Source: Camelus ferus
Lineage: Eukaryota
Reading direction: 5' to 3'
NCBI RefSeq assembly: GCF_009834535.1
Contig: NC_045697.1
Location: forward strand, 26,972,001 to 27,036,000
Length of the DNA stretch: 64,000 nucleotides
Part shown: positions 36,600 through 50,915 of the stretch, one piece after another
Position numbering within the stretch: the first letter of the stretch is position 1
How the letters are laid out: each line of letters begins with the position of its first letter
Position numbers and translations under genes: made by a program
Notes under the pieces: generated by a model
What the model was told of the DNA's origin: nothing
The model's input: the letters and a program-made list of their open reading frames with translations, nothing else
Database searches by the model: none

Positions 36600-37830
36600 A
36601 TCCTACGTTGTTCCCTCCCCCCTGCTATTGACCTTACTAAAGGTATGATCCTCTTTCCTCTGTCTTCAGCTCCTCCCTTTCTTCCAGCTGTCTTCTACCA
36701 GCATATCCAGACAACTTGAAAACCCCCAACTTAAGTAAACCTTCCCTTAATCCTACTTTCTTCTTTCTCACCCTCTCCACCTTCCATTCACAGCCCATTC
36801 CCTTCCAAGGGTTTTTATGCTTAATGTTTATACTTTCTCACCTCCTACTGCTGGTTAACCCATAGCCATCTAGCTTCCAGATTCACCACTGCACCAAAAC
36901 CGCCTTTGCCAAGGTCACCAGTTACCTTCTTGGTGCTAAACCTAAGAGGCATTTATAGTCCTTTTCTTGTCTGACCCTTGAGTGTCATTTAACACTGCAG
37001 GCCAATCCTTACTCCCTGAAACACTTCACCTGCTTCATTACCACACTCACTTCTACTTATTTGTGTGTTTGTTTTTCAAATGAAAAGTCTCATATATTAT
37101 TACTAAACCAACCTACTAGTACAAAAGCGTACAAAAATCATTTTCCAAGTAAGACTTACCCAACTGTCCAGATAATGGTGATGTTTTCAGCTTGATTTAG
37201 AAAGACCTTGATACGGCATAAATATGGTGCCACCTCATGTGCAATTCCTTACAGACCCAGCTTGGTTCTTTTCCAGTGTCTCCTCTTGGAGTTGTGTCTG
37301 GTATTATTACCAGTTTTTATCTGAATCCATCAGAGAATGGGACAATTCTGCTTTAATTTCTTGGCCAGAAATTACTTGATCCTGAAAGTCTCGTGAGAAG
37401 ACATGGCAAGGAATGGAGTCAATCCTTTTTAATTTTTTTTCTACCCACTGGCTGTAATTTATGAATCTCCTTTGTAGATTTTTTTTTTCTTTTTCTTTAC
37501 ATTAAGCAGTGTTTGTCAGGATTCAGTCTTTTCTTTAACACTATATATTTATTTCCTCTATTTTGCTTTTCAGTCCATGGACCTATTTATTAGCTATATT
37601 AATGACTGAACTCTTCATATTGAGCCCAAAAGCTCTCTTCCAAGTCTCCGGCCAATATATTCAACTGCTCGCAGAACACCTCCCTTTGAACATTCATCAA
37701 CCACCTTAGGTACACCAAAGCAAAAATCTTCTTTCCACCTCCAAACCGGCACCTCCTTATTCCTATCACCCAGAGATAGGGTGACCATTCCTCTTGTTTG
37801 CCCAAAATGCTTTCAGCTGACACCCTTTGT
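36600..37830 (+). mobile_element. L2 remnants
   Basis: caccactgcaccaaaaccgcctttgccaaggtcaccagttaccttc; ttcaactgctcgcagaacacctccctttgaac. Confidence 0.65.
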
Positions 37831-38695
37831 CCTTGTATAATTAGTATAAGTGCTGCCTTTCCCCTCAAAAATGATCCAATTAGTGTTGTACTTGTAGGCT
37901 TGCATTAAAATTTCATTTGGGTTTCACTTTATGAAAATAATGCTTTTTAAGAGGGTAATAAAAAGAGAATATTTTCTCGCATGAGAAGAATTTTTAAAAC
38001 ACAACATATACCTTGCAACATGCTGGAGAAATTTTAAAACAAAGTAAAAGCAAAAGTCTGAAAATAAAGGAAACCACCAGGAAGCATTAAGAAAATGGTA
38101 AAATAAGACAACAGAAGAGAGATTCAGTACATAGCATAAATGTAAATGGTTTAAACTCTGTTAAAAGGCAGAGGCTCTTATGTTGGATCAGAAAAGAAGT
38201 AAAGCCAACTGTTATTCACCCAAAATAATGTGACAAAGAAAATTGATAATAAAAAGAGAGGCAAAGATAAGGTAAACAAATGCAACAGAGAGAAATCAGA
38301 GAGGAAGAAAAACATAAAATAATAAATATCGTCTTTCAATTTTTGATCAAGGGTATAGTTTCCAACAGAAAATAAAATTATGATTTTGTGTGTCAAATAA
38401 CTCAGCATCAAATACAAGCATAAAGTAATGGATAAAGAAGAAATTGTAAAAGGCAAATGTGGAGGAAGGATTTAATACAACTTTCCCGATATATTCCAAG
38501 ATATTCCCAGAATCTGCAGGTTAGACATGCATTTTTAATATCATGCTTATTTTTTCCAAAATGTACTTTAGAAGAAAATTCCTGTCCAGTGTGTAATACC
38601 TGCTCTCTTTATGTAGTGAATCACTGAAGTCTAAAATAAAATCTATTATGAGAAGACTGCCGATAAATATATTTCATGCTTTAAAAACAAATCTG

Positions 38696-38926
38696 GGTGG
38701 GAAGGGATAGACTGGGATTTCAAAATTGTAGAATTGACTACACTGTATAGCACAGGGAAATATACACAAAATGTTATGATAACTCACAGAGAAAAAAATG
38801 TGACAATGAGTGTGTATATGTCCATGAATAACTGAAAAATTGTGCTGAACACTGGAATTTGACACAACATTGTAAAATGATTATAAATCAATAAAAAATG
38901 TTTAAAAAAATAAAAAAAATAAAAAT
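38696..38926 (+). mobile_element. Young 5'-truncated L1 3' end with perfect TSD
   Basis: ggtgggaagggatagactgggatttcaaaattgtagaa...ctgtatagcacagggaaatatacacaa...tcaataaaaaatg plus an A-rich tail. Flanked by identical aaaaacaaatctg at 38683-38695 and 38927-38939, at a TTT/AAAA site. Confidence 0.9.
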
Positions 38927-39519
38927 AAAAACAAATCTGACCCAATCTGGACAAAAATCGTAAATTCATCCTACTGCCTATCCCAGAATGACCTTTGTTT
39001 TCATTTGAGTATATTCCCTTTGTTTATATATGTGGTGATTTGTTTATAATAAAATTGAAATTACATTTTATATATATACCATGCTTTTTTTAACTTAATC
39101 TCATACCCTGCATTTTTTAGTGTTATTTTCTCTGTTTTCCAATTTATGAATATATCACAATTTATTTAAGGATAATTCTAAGTGGAACACCCTTTTTTAA
39201 AGATCTTTGTTTACACCTCTCTGATTCTCTGGTTATATTCTTTGGTTAGACTCCAAGAACTGGAATTTTTGGAGCAAAAGTTATTGATATTGTAAAGGCT
39301 TTTTAACACTGTTATCATTTTTTTAAAGTTCAATTTATTAGACAGAAGTGTTATCCAGTTATTTGAGTTTATTTCTTTAGTTGAATAATTTTTCATGTTC
39401 ATTGGCTTTAGTATTTATTCATTTCTTAATTGGTTGATCATGTACTTTGTTATTTTTATTGGTATTTTAAATAAATATCCTATTACATTATGAACCCTTT
39501 TAAAGTTGAAGATAGTACA

Positions 39520-39644
39520 GGGGAGGGTATAGCTCAGTGGTAGAGTGCATGCTTAGTATGCACGAGGTCCTGTGTTCAATACTCAGTACCTCTGTTAAAA
39601 CAAACAAACAAACCTAATCACCTCCCCCCAAAAACAAACAAACA
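39520..39644 (+). mobile_element. Camelid tRNA-derived SINE (vic-1-like), full length with TSD
   Basis: ggggagggtatagctcagtggtagagtgcatgcttagtatgcacgaggtcctgtgttcaatactcagtacctc has an A box and B box. TSD is aaagttgaagatagta (39502-39517) / aaagttaaagatagta (39645-39660). Confidence 0.92.
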
Positions 39645-39944
39645 AAAGTTAAAGATAGTAACCCTTTATCATCTGTGTCACAAATGTTCCATTTGGTCTT
39701 TGCATTTTTGTTGATGGTGTCTTTTAAGGTGAAAAATATTTGCTTCTTATGTAATCTGTTAATCTTTTACTTCGTGTTTCTTCTAGGACTGTAGTAACTG
39801 AAAGGATCTTCCTTATTCCTAAATTAGATAAATATTCACTTGTATTTCCTTCCAAATATTTTTGTTCCCATTTATTTCGGGATCTAACTTTTTCCTAATA
39901 ACCTATTGTCCTAGCACCATTTATGAAGTGATTATAAAAATCCA

Positions 39945-41215
39945 CAGGATCTTATATGTAGAAAAACCTAAAGATTACACACACACAAGTTAGAACTAAT
40001 AAATGAATCCAGTAAAGTCACAGGATACAAAATCAGCATACAAAAATCAGCTGCATTTCTACATGCTAACAACAAACTTCCCAAAAAAGAAATTAAGAAA
40101 ATAATCCTACTTACAGTAGCATCAAAAAGAATAAAATACTGATGAATAAGTTTAACCAAGGAGGCGAAAGACCTGTATGCTGAGAACTATAAAACATTGA
40201 TGAAAGAAATAAAATAGGTATTTTAAAAAGATGTCTCATGTTCATAGATTGGAAAACTTAATATTGTTAAAATGTCCATATTACCCAAAGCAGCCTACAG
40301 ATTCACTGCAATGCCTGTCAAAATCCCAGTGGCATTTTTTACAAAAAAGAAAAAATGATCCTAAAATTCATACAGAACCACAGAAGACCCAGAATAGCCA
40401 AAAAAATTAAAAAAAAAAAAAAAAACTTGAGAAAGAAAAAGAAAACTTGAAGTATCACACTTTCTGATTTCAAACATATTACAAAGCTACAGTAATTAAA
40501 CCAATATGGTAATGTCATAAAAACAGACATATAGATTAATGGAACAGAACAGAAAGCCCCAAAATAAGCTTATAAATAATATAGTGTCTTAGTCCATCCA
40601 TGCTGTTATAACAGAATACAATAGAATGAGTGGCTTATAAACAACCAAAATTTATTTCTCACAGTTCTGGAGGCTGCAAAATCCAAGATCAGGGTGTTGG
40701 CAGATTCTGTATTTGGTGAGATCTCACCTCCTGGTTCATAGAGAGCTGTGGTCTTGCTATAACCTCACACGGCATAAGGAACAAGGGAGCTTTCTGGAGT
40801 CTCTTTTACAAGGGCACTAATCTCATTCATTAAGGCATACAGACATCTAGTCTGTAGCAGAAGGTCACCTGATGTTCAACAAGGGTGCCAAGAGTACCTA
40901 ATGGGGAAAAGACTGTTGGGAAAACTGCCTATCCACATGCAAAAGAATGAAATCGGACCCTTATCTTACACTATAAACAGAAATCAACTCACAGTGGGCT
41001 GAAGATGAAACAAGACCTGAAACTGTAAAACTCCAAGAAGAAAACATTAACAGAAAACCTTCAGACATTGATCTGGGCAATGATTTCTGGGATATGACAC
41101 CAAAAGCACAAGCAAAAAAAAGCTGCACAGCAAAGGAAATGACAGAGTGAAAAGGCAGCCTATGAAATGGGAGAAAATATTTGCAAACTATTTATCTGTT
41201 AAGGAATTGATACCC
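39945..41215 (+). mobile_element. L1 ORF2 decayed fragment, interrupted by MLT1
   Basis: gaactaataaatgaatccagtaaagtcacaggatacaaaatcagcatacaaaaatcag...tgttaaaatgtccatattacccaaagcagcctacagattca...tgggagaaaatatttgcaaac; many frameshifts. Confidence 0.9.
40584..40859 (-). mobile_element. MLT1A-type MaLR solo LTR nested in L1
   Basis: tgtcttagtccatccatgctgttataacagaataca...ggcttataaacaac...tttatttctcacagttctggaggctg. Confidence 0.85.
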
Positions 41216-42899
41216 TTTGGAATTTTTTAGGCAAAAATAACTCACGGCTAAAGAGTACTATTTCCCTAGGATGACAGTCTCTTTATTAATTTTTTCATTG
41301 TAAAGGACATACTGTAATATGATATAGTAACATTCCATTTAACATAGTGGTTTAACCTATCAAAAGTTTTAGTATAAACAGAGAAATGAATGAGAAAAAT
41401 AAGACTGCATTCTTAGATGAGAGAATTGTGGGTGACTATAACGTATGGTTATGTAACTTTTGACTGTGAGAAGCAAAACAATTTTTTTTTTTCATTTTTA
41501 ACTTAACAAACGAGCACCTTCTCTGTATGCCAGATATTGTTGAGGACCTGGAATAACAAGAAGGAATGCGGGAGTGTCCCTAAGCCAGTTATTGGACTCC
41601 TTGACTTGGCCCTCGTACAGAGTTTGTCCAGCACATCCGGAGTGCCAAATACATCTGGCAGCCAAAGGAAAGTTTCAGCATCGGATCCCAAGTGTTAGTG
41701 CAAATGAACGTAACCTGAGATTTTACCGAACAGGATTACTATGATCAGTGAACAATATGTTCCTTGACTTTTTGGAATTGACTTGACCAAATTTGTCATG
41801 GGAAATTCTCTCCTCTTAGATCTTCCATTATTCTGAAGACTAGGTTACATAAATAAAGACCAGGTTAAATGAGAGAGCAAGAAAGAGAGAGAGAGCTCAT
41901 GTTAAGTGCATGCCAGCCATGAATCCAAGGCCCCTGTAAGTCAGTTATGTTCTTTGCATCTGTTTTAGAGAGGATATACCAAGGGACTGCTTTCACTGCT
42001 CTAAAGGTGTTAGCACATACACTTCTCCTAATAGTCACATAGGATAGGTATGGACGAAGAATCGAGGGCATAGAGAGATTGTGACTTACCAGTCATCAAG
42101 CTAGGAAGAAATGGGAGATTTGAACTAGACAATCTTCCCATTTCTCTTTAATTCAAACAAAGCTCCATATCCTGCCCTCCCATTTTAGTGCTGATTTTGT
42201 AGGACTTGCCACGGTCTTCCCTGGCACATGCTGGAGAGGATGTGGGTGACTAAGCCATGCTACCAAGATTAACACTGACTTTAGCACAAATCTCTACCTG
42301 AGTTTGTAGCATTTCCCTTCCCTTCCCCTCCAAGTTCTCAAGCCAAGCTGAACTCACCGAGATGGATAAATATTAACTTTTAGGTCAGCATCACCGTGCG
42401 TCACAGGCCAGAGTCTAAATAGCAGGGAACTTTAATCTCTTCCTGTGTCTCCTCTCACATGGACAGAGGAAGACAGAAATGCAGCCTCAGGTGTTTCTCT
42501 ACAAATCGGGAGGTGGTTGAGCCGCCTTGTTCTCCTTCATTCGGTAGGACTGGATTGTGTTTTTGTAGATATGTGGATAATATATGTTAATTTTTAATGA
42601 TAGATAATCAGGGGAGTTCCACTGTTGATGATCGGATCACTGTGTGTTTGTGTTCACAGGTCCAGACACACATACAAAGAGGTACAAAAAACACACAAGT
42701 AGAGGTCACGGGACCTTGGAAGTCACTTAGGCTACGCCTCTCAATTTATGAAAAAGGCAACACCTCAAATATTATTTACCAAAATGTTATTTTGAAAAAG
42801 TAGTCCCATGTTGGCTCTCTATATACTATTGCAATTTAAAGGATTTAAAAAATTTTTTTCATCAAAGTTATATATATAGCAGGGTACAGTTAAAGGACC

Positions 42900-45230
42900 T
42901 GCTAGTTCTAAAAGTTTCTTAAGAACAGGGTCCTCGTTTTCCTGTCCCCAGAAAAACCTCTTTCACCTCTGCCTGGTCTTTACCTCCGTGTACCTTAATG
43001 ACAAGTAAGTATTGCCACCTCCTGATTTTTTTCAGTTTGAAGCATTCTACATCGACTTTCCCCTACAGATATGAGGACTTAGATCTTTATTCTCCTGGTC
43101 AACACCGCGTACAGCCAACTGCTCTCCTCACAATACAGTTGTATCTCAGTTTTGATTAGAAAAATTGGAAGTTGATATTATTATGACTATATATGCTATT
43201 CAGAAATGGGGCACATGCTAAACTAGTATTTTCTTATCAGCACAACTTTTCCATGGAGGTAATATTTTCTTTTTACTTGTTTATTTATTTTGTCTATTTG
43301 GTTGTGTGTGTGTGTGTGTGTGTATTTTATGTACTTAACATTCATTCAATACTGAAATATTTGCCAGTTGTCTACATGTTCTCTGAAGATGTTCCATGAT
43401 TCTGTCTGTTTCATATTAGGTGTTATATCAGTTATGTCAATTTCCTGCTTCTGAAGAAGTCTCTCTGAGACTGCTGACCTGCTCATCTGGACTGGTTGTC
43501 CCCTCTGTCTGGTTACACTGAGATCTCCTGTCATTACCATCCACAGAGTCCCATCCCTTCTCTGATGCGTTGGAGCTCCTATTTCCTAGACTTCATGTCT
43601 TTTTTTCCTTCTTCTTCTTTTATCCCCTCATTTTCATGGAGCTCATCCTACGGTAGCTTCCTAAGAAAAAGCATATGTAGTTTAAAACTTACGTAAGAAC
43701 TTGCCTGTCTGAAAATGTCTGTATCCTACCTCCCGCTTGATTGATGGCATGATTGCATAGAAAGTTCTATGTTGGAACTAATTCTCACACAAATTTTTTC
43801 TTCTTCAGAATTTTGAAAACATTGCTCCATTATTTCCTCATTCGTGGGATGTTGAGAAGTATTCTAATTCCAGAAGTATTCCAACCACCATTTCAATACC
43901 TAGTCCTTTATATATAATTGTATTTTCTTCTCTGAAAGTTGGTTGAATATGTTGAGAAATTTCACAATGGTATACCTCAGTGTGGGGTTTTGTTTTTTTT
44001 TTTTAAATCTATTGTACTGGATGCTTAGTGGATCCTTTAAATCTAGAAAATCTACCCTCCAGTTTTGGGGGATTTTCTTGAATTATTTTGCTGATGTTTT
44101 CTTCTCCTGTGGGTGTTTTGTTTTACTTTCTAGATCTCCTGGAATTCCTGGATTATTTATCTGCTTTTCTTACTCTTTCTCTCCTATTACCTATTTCTTT
44201 GTCTTTTCACTCTGGTTTCTTCCATTTTAACTTAGATTCCTTCAACTGAAGTTATTATTTATGCTGTTGTGTCTTTAATGTCTAAGAGGCCTTTTTTGTT
44301 CTCCAAATGCTCTTTTTTAAGTGGTATCATTTTCTTGCTTCATAAGACAATGTATTTCTCTTGTCTCTGTGAGTTTTTTGATAATAATTTTTGAAAATTT
44401 CTTTTTACTCCATAGTTTCTGATCCCCCCCATATTGTTTTTGTGGTTTTCCTTAGCTATTTGATAATCATTGGTGTTCTCATATATAAGAGAAAGGGACC
44501 AAAAACTGAAGTTCTGAACATGAATGTGAAGGAAGGTTGCACTTATTAACGGTGCCATTGATGTAGTGATCTGGCTGAGGCAGTTCTAACTTCTAACATC
44601 AGTGTCTTTGGGCTTTTCTCATGTGCTGGCCAGATCCCCAAAGAAAACTCCTGCGAATTCTTGCCTGGAGAGTAAGAGCCTGGCTGCCAGTGTTTGGGAG
44701 ATGGAGGGTGGGAAGTAGACTGGAGGACTACGCGTATGCTGCGTGCATATTAATCCTCCTGTCTTTTTATGGTACCCACCCTGAATATTGCCTGGACATC
44801 CCCAATTCAGAGACCCTGTGTTTTGCCGTCACCACAGGATAAACTTCCAGGCTTCTGCTGAAGTGGAGGAGGTGCCGTCACCCGGCTGCTTGCATAGGAG
44901 AAGGAGGGGTGGGGTGTCAACTGTTTCTTAAACACAGTTCTTCCAGTCCTGGAGCCTTTTGAGGCCCCTGCCATGAAAACTGGTGGGACTCATCCATCCC
45001 CACTTCCAGCTTCTGGGTCAGCCTTCCCAGGTCCACTGAGGGGTCACCCATCCACCTGCTTCTAGGTTCAAAGGTGCTGTTATTGTCACCTCTCCTGGTT
45101 CTACTATTAAAAAGATACATATGTATGTATATGTATATATGTATACTTTCGTAATGACTTCAGTTTCAATAAGATTCAAGAGGAGGCCAAGACTGATAAG
45201 CGTATTCAATCTACTGTCTTCAGCTGATGC
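42900..45230 (-). mobile_element. Ancient HAL1/L1M-like LINE relic
   Basis: T-rich, with tgtctgaaaatgtctgtatcctacctccc...cttcagaattttgaaaacattgctccatt. Colinear similarity to 58280-59690. Confidence 0.55.
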
Positions 45231-46133
45231 TCTACCAACACTTATTTAAATAAAGATGGTATTTATCAACAAATAATACACAGGTCCAAAAGCATGTGAG
45301 TATTCATTCTAACTAATTACATTGAATTAATTACAGGATTCCAACATAAAATTTAAAAAATTTTAAAAGGAAAACAGATTCCCCTGTGAACATATTTTTT
45401 TTCATCTCTCACTTCCTAGTGTATTAGTTTAGCAGTCATTCTAGGCTAACTTGACAAACTTTTTTGAGTTTCTACTTTGTCCATGACACTATTACAGGTT
45501 CTACACAGTTTAAAATCCCCTCTCTTTTCCCTGCCACTCTACTGAGAGGGAGATATGACATGAATGATTAAACTATAAGACTATGTTCCATTTATACAAT
45601 GCCTTAGGAATTTTCACAAGTGAGAGAAACTATTTTATCAACTACTGATAATATCAAGAAAGTGAATAGTCACATCTATTACCTGTCAGACAGATACTTT
45701 ATAATTTTTTTTGCTGTTCCCTCAGGGAGGTGCAGCTGGCATTTTAAGCAAGGAAATTCTTGGTTTTGCTGGACAAGCCAGTGCGCTACAGTTTGGTTAG
45801 CACATAAGCATTAACTGCTGTGAGTGTCCTCTTGTCATTAAGACACTAAAATATAAATCCCCTTTTACATTTTCAGATGTCCCTTCCACTTTTCCAAGTG
45901 TCCCCCATGGGGCAGTATCTGCCTTTCCCAGAAAACCACTGATGTCTAATACAACGCTTTGAAGTGGGTCTCATTTTCACTTGACAACAGAGATCCAGGG
46001 ACTCTGAGAGGTCAGGCAAGCTCCTGTGCTCACCATAAGCTGCTCAGTGTTGGCACCTGATTCGAAAATTAAGTCTAATCCCCAGACCTGCTCTACGCAG
46101 CTGCTCCCAGTTGCTGAAAGGGTTTAGGGAGGT

Positions 46134-46534
46134 AGTATTGGTCAGAGCGGGCTGTGTAACAAAATATCAGAGACTGGGTGGCTTAGAAAAATGGAAATGT
46201 GTTTTCTCACAGTTCCAGAGACTGGGAAGTCCAAGATCAAAGGTCCCAGGCAGGGTTCAATTTGTGGTGAGAGCCCTGCTCCTGGCTCACAGATGGCTAT
46301 TTTGTTGCTCTGTTCTCCTGTGGCCTTTCCTCTGTGCGTGTACATGGACAGGAAGCTGAAGACAGAGAGGGGAAGAGAGAGCTCTCTCTGCTGTCACTTC
46401 TTATAAGACCACTAATCCTATCAGATCAGGGCCCTACCCTTCACCTCCTTTAACCTCAGTTACTTCTTTAGAAGCTCCATCTCCAAAGCTTCAACATGGG
46501 AATTTTGAAGGGACACAAACATTGAGTTCATAAC
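46134..46534 (-). mobile_element. MLT1A/B-type MaLR solo LTR
   Basis: gggctgtgtaacaaaatatcagagactgggtggctta...ttcttataagaccactaatcctatcagatcagggccc...gggacacaaacattgagttcataac. Confidence 0.88.
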
Positions 46535-47025
46535 TGAGTTTGAGGACTGAGCACAAGTCCTTCGATTGGGTGACTGAGGTCACAGGTGATCTTTGTGGAA
46601 AAGTCTTTTGGTCTAGGGGTAGGGCCAGAAGCCATTTGGAGCTGACTGAGGAGTAAATGCTTGAGGAAAATGTGATGGCCTGTACTTAAGGGCCATAAAA
46701 GATGGGGAGAAGAGACAGTCCACTGAGCAACCTTCAGAGCTGAGAACTTGGTAATCAAAAAAGGTATATTTAGCAGCTAATAGTCAGCATATCCTATTAA
46801 GTGGAATGTTTCTGACTCAAGAGATCTGAATTTATTTTAGGATTATATCTAGTGGTTAAAGTAGCATTCACTAGATCTAGAAATACTGGCACTTATGAAA
46901 TCTTTTCATTCTGTGATCTTCCTTGTCCCATTACTTTGAGATCCACCATTTAAAAAAAAGCATTTTACATCAACACTGTAAGCACACACATACAGGCATA
47001 CATGAAACAAAATTTATGAAATGAT

Positions 47026-47540
47026 ACATCTTGGTTTGTATTGCTGCATAACAAAACACCACAAAACTTGGCGGCTTTTTAAACAAAACCACAAAGTGCT
47101 CATAAATCTGCAAGTCAGGCAGGACTCAGTTGGGAACATCTGGTCTCTGCTCCACGTAGTGTTACCTGAGGCAGATCACCAGGGAACGGGGAACCCTTTC
47201 TCGAGATGGTTCACGGTGTGGGCAGTTTGTTGCCAGCTCTCAGTTGGAAGCTCAGCCAGTGCTGTGGGCCAGGGTCCTCTGCAGGGACTGCTTGGTTTCC
47301 AGGGCACGCATCCTAGGAGAAGGTAGAAGGGTATGGCATTTTTATGATGCAACCTCAGAAGACATAGTGTCACTTTTGCCATATTCAGTTGGCTGAGGCA
47401 GTCACAAAGTTCCACCCGTGTTTATGGGGAGGAGGCAAAGACTCTACTACTCAGTGGACCAAGTGTCAAGGTCATGTTGCAAGAATATGTAGAATGGGAG
47501 GTATTATTCTGACCATCTGTAGAAAATACAGTTTGCCACA
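47026..47540 (-). mobile_element. MLT1 MaLR solo LTR
   Basis: tattgctgcataacaaaacaccacaaaacttggcggctt...gtcacttttgccatattc...agaaaatacagtttgccaca. Confidence 0.82.
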
Positions 47541-48149
47541 CTGTACTCACCTTGTATTGTACACTAGTGCAAGCAGTACATTCTGATATATTCTGCTTTT
47601 TTAGTACTGATGATTATCCACTAAATTATGCTAACAGTCCACTAATGGGTCACTAGTCCCAGTTTGAAAAATATTATGTGCAATTGTGAAATGGAAACAG
47701 TAGTCAAAAAAAAAAATTCTCTTAAACATAGGTAAAATGCTTTAATACCAAATATAGGGCTAGTTGAAAGATTGTAAAAGATTAAAATTTAAATATATGA
47801 GCACAATAAAGTTTGTTCCTTTTGCTTTCTAATAACTATTCATCAGAATGAGACTTGACGATCTCAGCTGAGTTCATTTTACAACTGAATCAAAATCTCA
47901 CATACCTCAGTGACTAAGACCAAAATATTGTCGTTGTTATGACAAACCTTGTCACCTGTAATTGTTTTATACAAAATGTCTTCTTAAAATTATTGGTAGC
48001 AGTATACATAATCAAGTAGTTGGAACCCAATCCTTTTCTTTTTATTCGTCCTTTACTCGTTTCTCCAAAGAAAGTCTCTGAGTATGGACTCGGTCCTTGT
48101 GACAAGATCTCTGATTAAGGGCGCACATGGTACTGGGGAGGCCAGAGGG

Positions 48150-48272
48150 GGAGCTGGAGTGCTTGTTGAAAAGACAGAATTTGGGACCAGCTCTAAACCT
48201 GTAGATTCAGAATCTGCATAGTAACAAGATGCCCAGGAGATTCTTGAGCACATTCAAGTTGGAGAAGTCCTG
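48150..48272. mobile_element. MER5-type MITE
   Basis: gcttgttgaaaagacagaat...ttcagaatctgc...aacaagatgcccaggagattcttgagcacattcaagttggagaa. Confidence 0.65.
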
Positions 48273-50244
48273 ATCTAAATCGTGTTTTCCGAAAAATGTT
48301 TGGATTATGCAGCCTATCAGTAAAAAAATTGCCATGAATTATATATTTATGAGTATGTTTGTGTAATATACACACACAGCTCTACTCATATTTTATAAAA
48401 AATGTTACACACTGAATAGTTGTTTTCTAAGGATGAGGGCTGTGTTTAAGGATGTAGGAGCTGTAATGGTTTTCTCCCAATCCTCAACGTTTTATCTCAG
48501 TAATTTGCAGAGGCACAAGCACCCCATCTGGGAGCCCAATGGCCTAAATCACACCAGGAGTCCCAGTGGCTCAGTCCTAAGTATCCTTTGTATCTTTTCC
48601 TTTAACATATGATCCTGTATTACTGATGCTATAATTATCTTATAGCTTAAGGTTAGGCTGACTCCCAGTCAGTCTCTCTAGTATCCCTTCTGTGCTTGAA
48701 ATGCTTGTTTTTTTTTCTGAAATTGCCCATGGCTTGACAGTTAATCCTTGGTGCCCCCGAAATTCAGAATAAAGAAACGCATTTATACATGTTTATAAAA
48801 TAAAAGGACAAGTGAGGTCTTAGACTCTCTGACTTCCTTGAGATTTGATCTGACTAATAACTATAAGTGAGTTCTTTTTATTCTTGGAAGAAAACACTGT
48901 ATTCTGGAGGGTGAAATGGGGGACCCGTTCATCCTGTCTACCTTCCCATTTAGAAGACAGGAGTGAGTCAGCCTCTTCACCTCTGCCCCTCCGCAGTGAA
49001 CCTGGAGTTGATTTGAAAGGAGGGAGGAATGCAGTATGCTGTATACGTGTGTGCCCCAGGCTGTGTGCTGGACACTCTCCATGGACCAAATCCTCTAGTT
49101 CATTTAACACAAGCTTGTAACATAGGTATTTTTTACTACCATTCTGCATATTAAAAAAATAATGTAAGTCTTTTTTGCATTTTTAAAAATATCTGCTTTT
49201 AAAAAAAAACAGTAAAGAAATGATCTAAAGAGGCTTGGAATCTCAAGAGTAATAACAGATGTTTCAGGGCAGCATTTTTTAAAAATTATCAAACATTCTT
49301 TAAAAAGACTCTATCATTCATCTAAATAGGATGTGCCCCTAAATGACTGTTCTCTGTGCAGATTTCACAGAAGACAACTGCTAGCCCATGATTTTGACAT
49401 AAAATACTTATGATTGGAAGTTACTCTTTGGGTCTGTGATAAATCTCCCCAATTATAAGTTTCCCTTCACTTTTTTTTCCCTGTTTTTTTTTTCTTCTTC
49501 TTCTTCTTCTTTTTTGCATTTCCTGAGAGGAGATGAAATACTGATTTGGGGGAGCCAGGTAACAATCTGGCATGTACTCAAGAAACCTGATTGTGACCGG
49601 GCTTGTTCTTAAACTCACTCATCTTTCAGGTACATTTGAAAAGTGCTTGGCTGTTAGAGAGGAAGCAGCTCCCATGACTGATCCGTGGGTGTCCAGTAAA
49701 GGACTATTTCACAGCGCTTCTGCCAGCATCTTGAGGATAAACACCTAGTTGTATTTGAGGCATTACCTTAGGACCCCTGTGTGCCATATCTCTAATCCTA
49801 CAACCGTCCTGGGCACGGCATTATCCCCACTCTTCAGATGAGGAAACCGAGCGCTGCCTCAAAGTCCCGGGACTGTGTGGAAGTTCTTGGCTCCCTCCCC
49901 TACCGGGAGCTTAACGCCAGACCTCCCACCCCTGAGACTGATTAACTCCCAGCAGGGGAAGCTGGGCCTTCGGGCCCCTGTTAATTGGAGGTTAGTGGTG
50001 TGTGGCTAAAAGAAAATCGTCAGAGAAATGCATTTGCCCTTCAGGCTCAGAACCCTGAAACCTTGCGCTGCAGCGGCCAGGACTGGCTGCGGAATTCTGG
50101 AATTTCAGAAATGTACTGCGGTGATACGAAAAGTGAAATTCTATTAAAGTATAATCAAAGTAAAGACAAAGTTAATAAGTACTCAAAACTCACCACTTCC
50201 TAATTATTTCACTGTTTCCTGTGTTCTTGAGGGCATTTACATCC

Positions 50245-50915
50245 ATCGTATCTGTGTGGGAGGAACGTGTCTAATGGTGTGAAACCGTACATCTCTTTCC
50301 AGCTTTGTGTTCAGGGACCTGACTTTGCTAACTTGAAATCCGCCATGACAGGAGCATTTACACCATGGAAAGCGGCAAATGCTATAAACCCCGGGCTCAA
50401 TTTAATGCTTGTTGCTTGAGGACACTTCAGAATGTGATGAAGAAAATATTGATGCAAATTAAACTGAGAAGTTTGCTGCGTCTGTAGCTGTTACAGGAAG
50501 ATAACACACAAAAAGTCCCTGGAGAAAGTTTTCTTCCACTATTAAAAAACTGTTGTCTGATTATGCAAAGAACTTGCTCAAGTTGTTAGCAACCAAGTGA
50601 AATTTCCAGATCTGTGTTCCTTGTTTCACTTTCGTCTAACTTACTAACTTAGAGTGAAAATACCAACTAACAGTCACATCGAGTCTATACCTACTTGGCA
50701 GCTGCAACCATAGGTTGACTACAGATAAAAGAATCTAGCAAAACTCAGTTAAAGCATTCTGTGAAAATCAATTATCCCTGTGGAACTCGTTATAAAAAGG
50801 AGATACTGGATTTCTTATTATAATTTATAAACTATGTGCTACACATGCTTTATTTATAATATAAACTTTTTTTTTCTCTGTAGAACCAGTTATTAAGTGT
50901 TGCCAGCACACCACT
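50245..50915. mobile_element. MER63-type (hAT-Blackjack) DNA transposon relic
   Basis: acttgaaatccgccatgacaggagcatttacaccatggaaagcggcaaatgcta and the terminal agaaccagttattaagtgttgccagcacaccac. Confidence 0.65.

Noticed and set aside
39520..39592. tRNA gene
   Set aside because: A and B boxes are present, but it has a SINE tail, TSDs, three related copies in the window and no proper acceptor stem.
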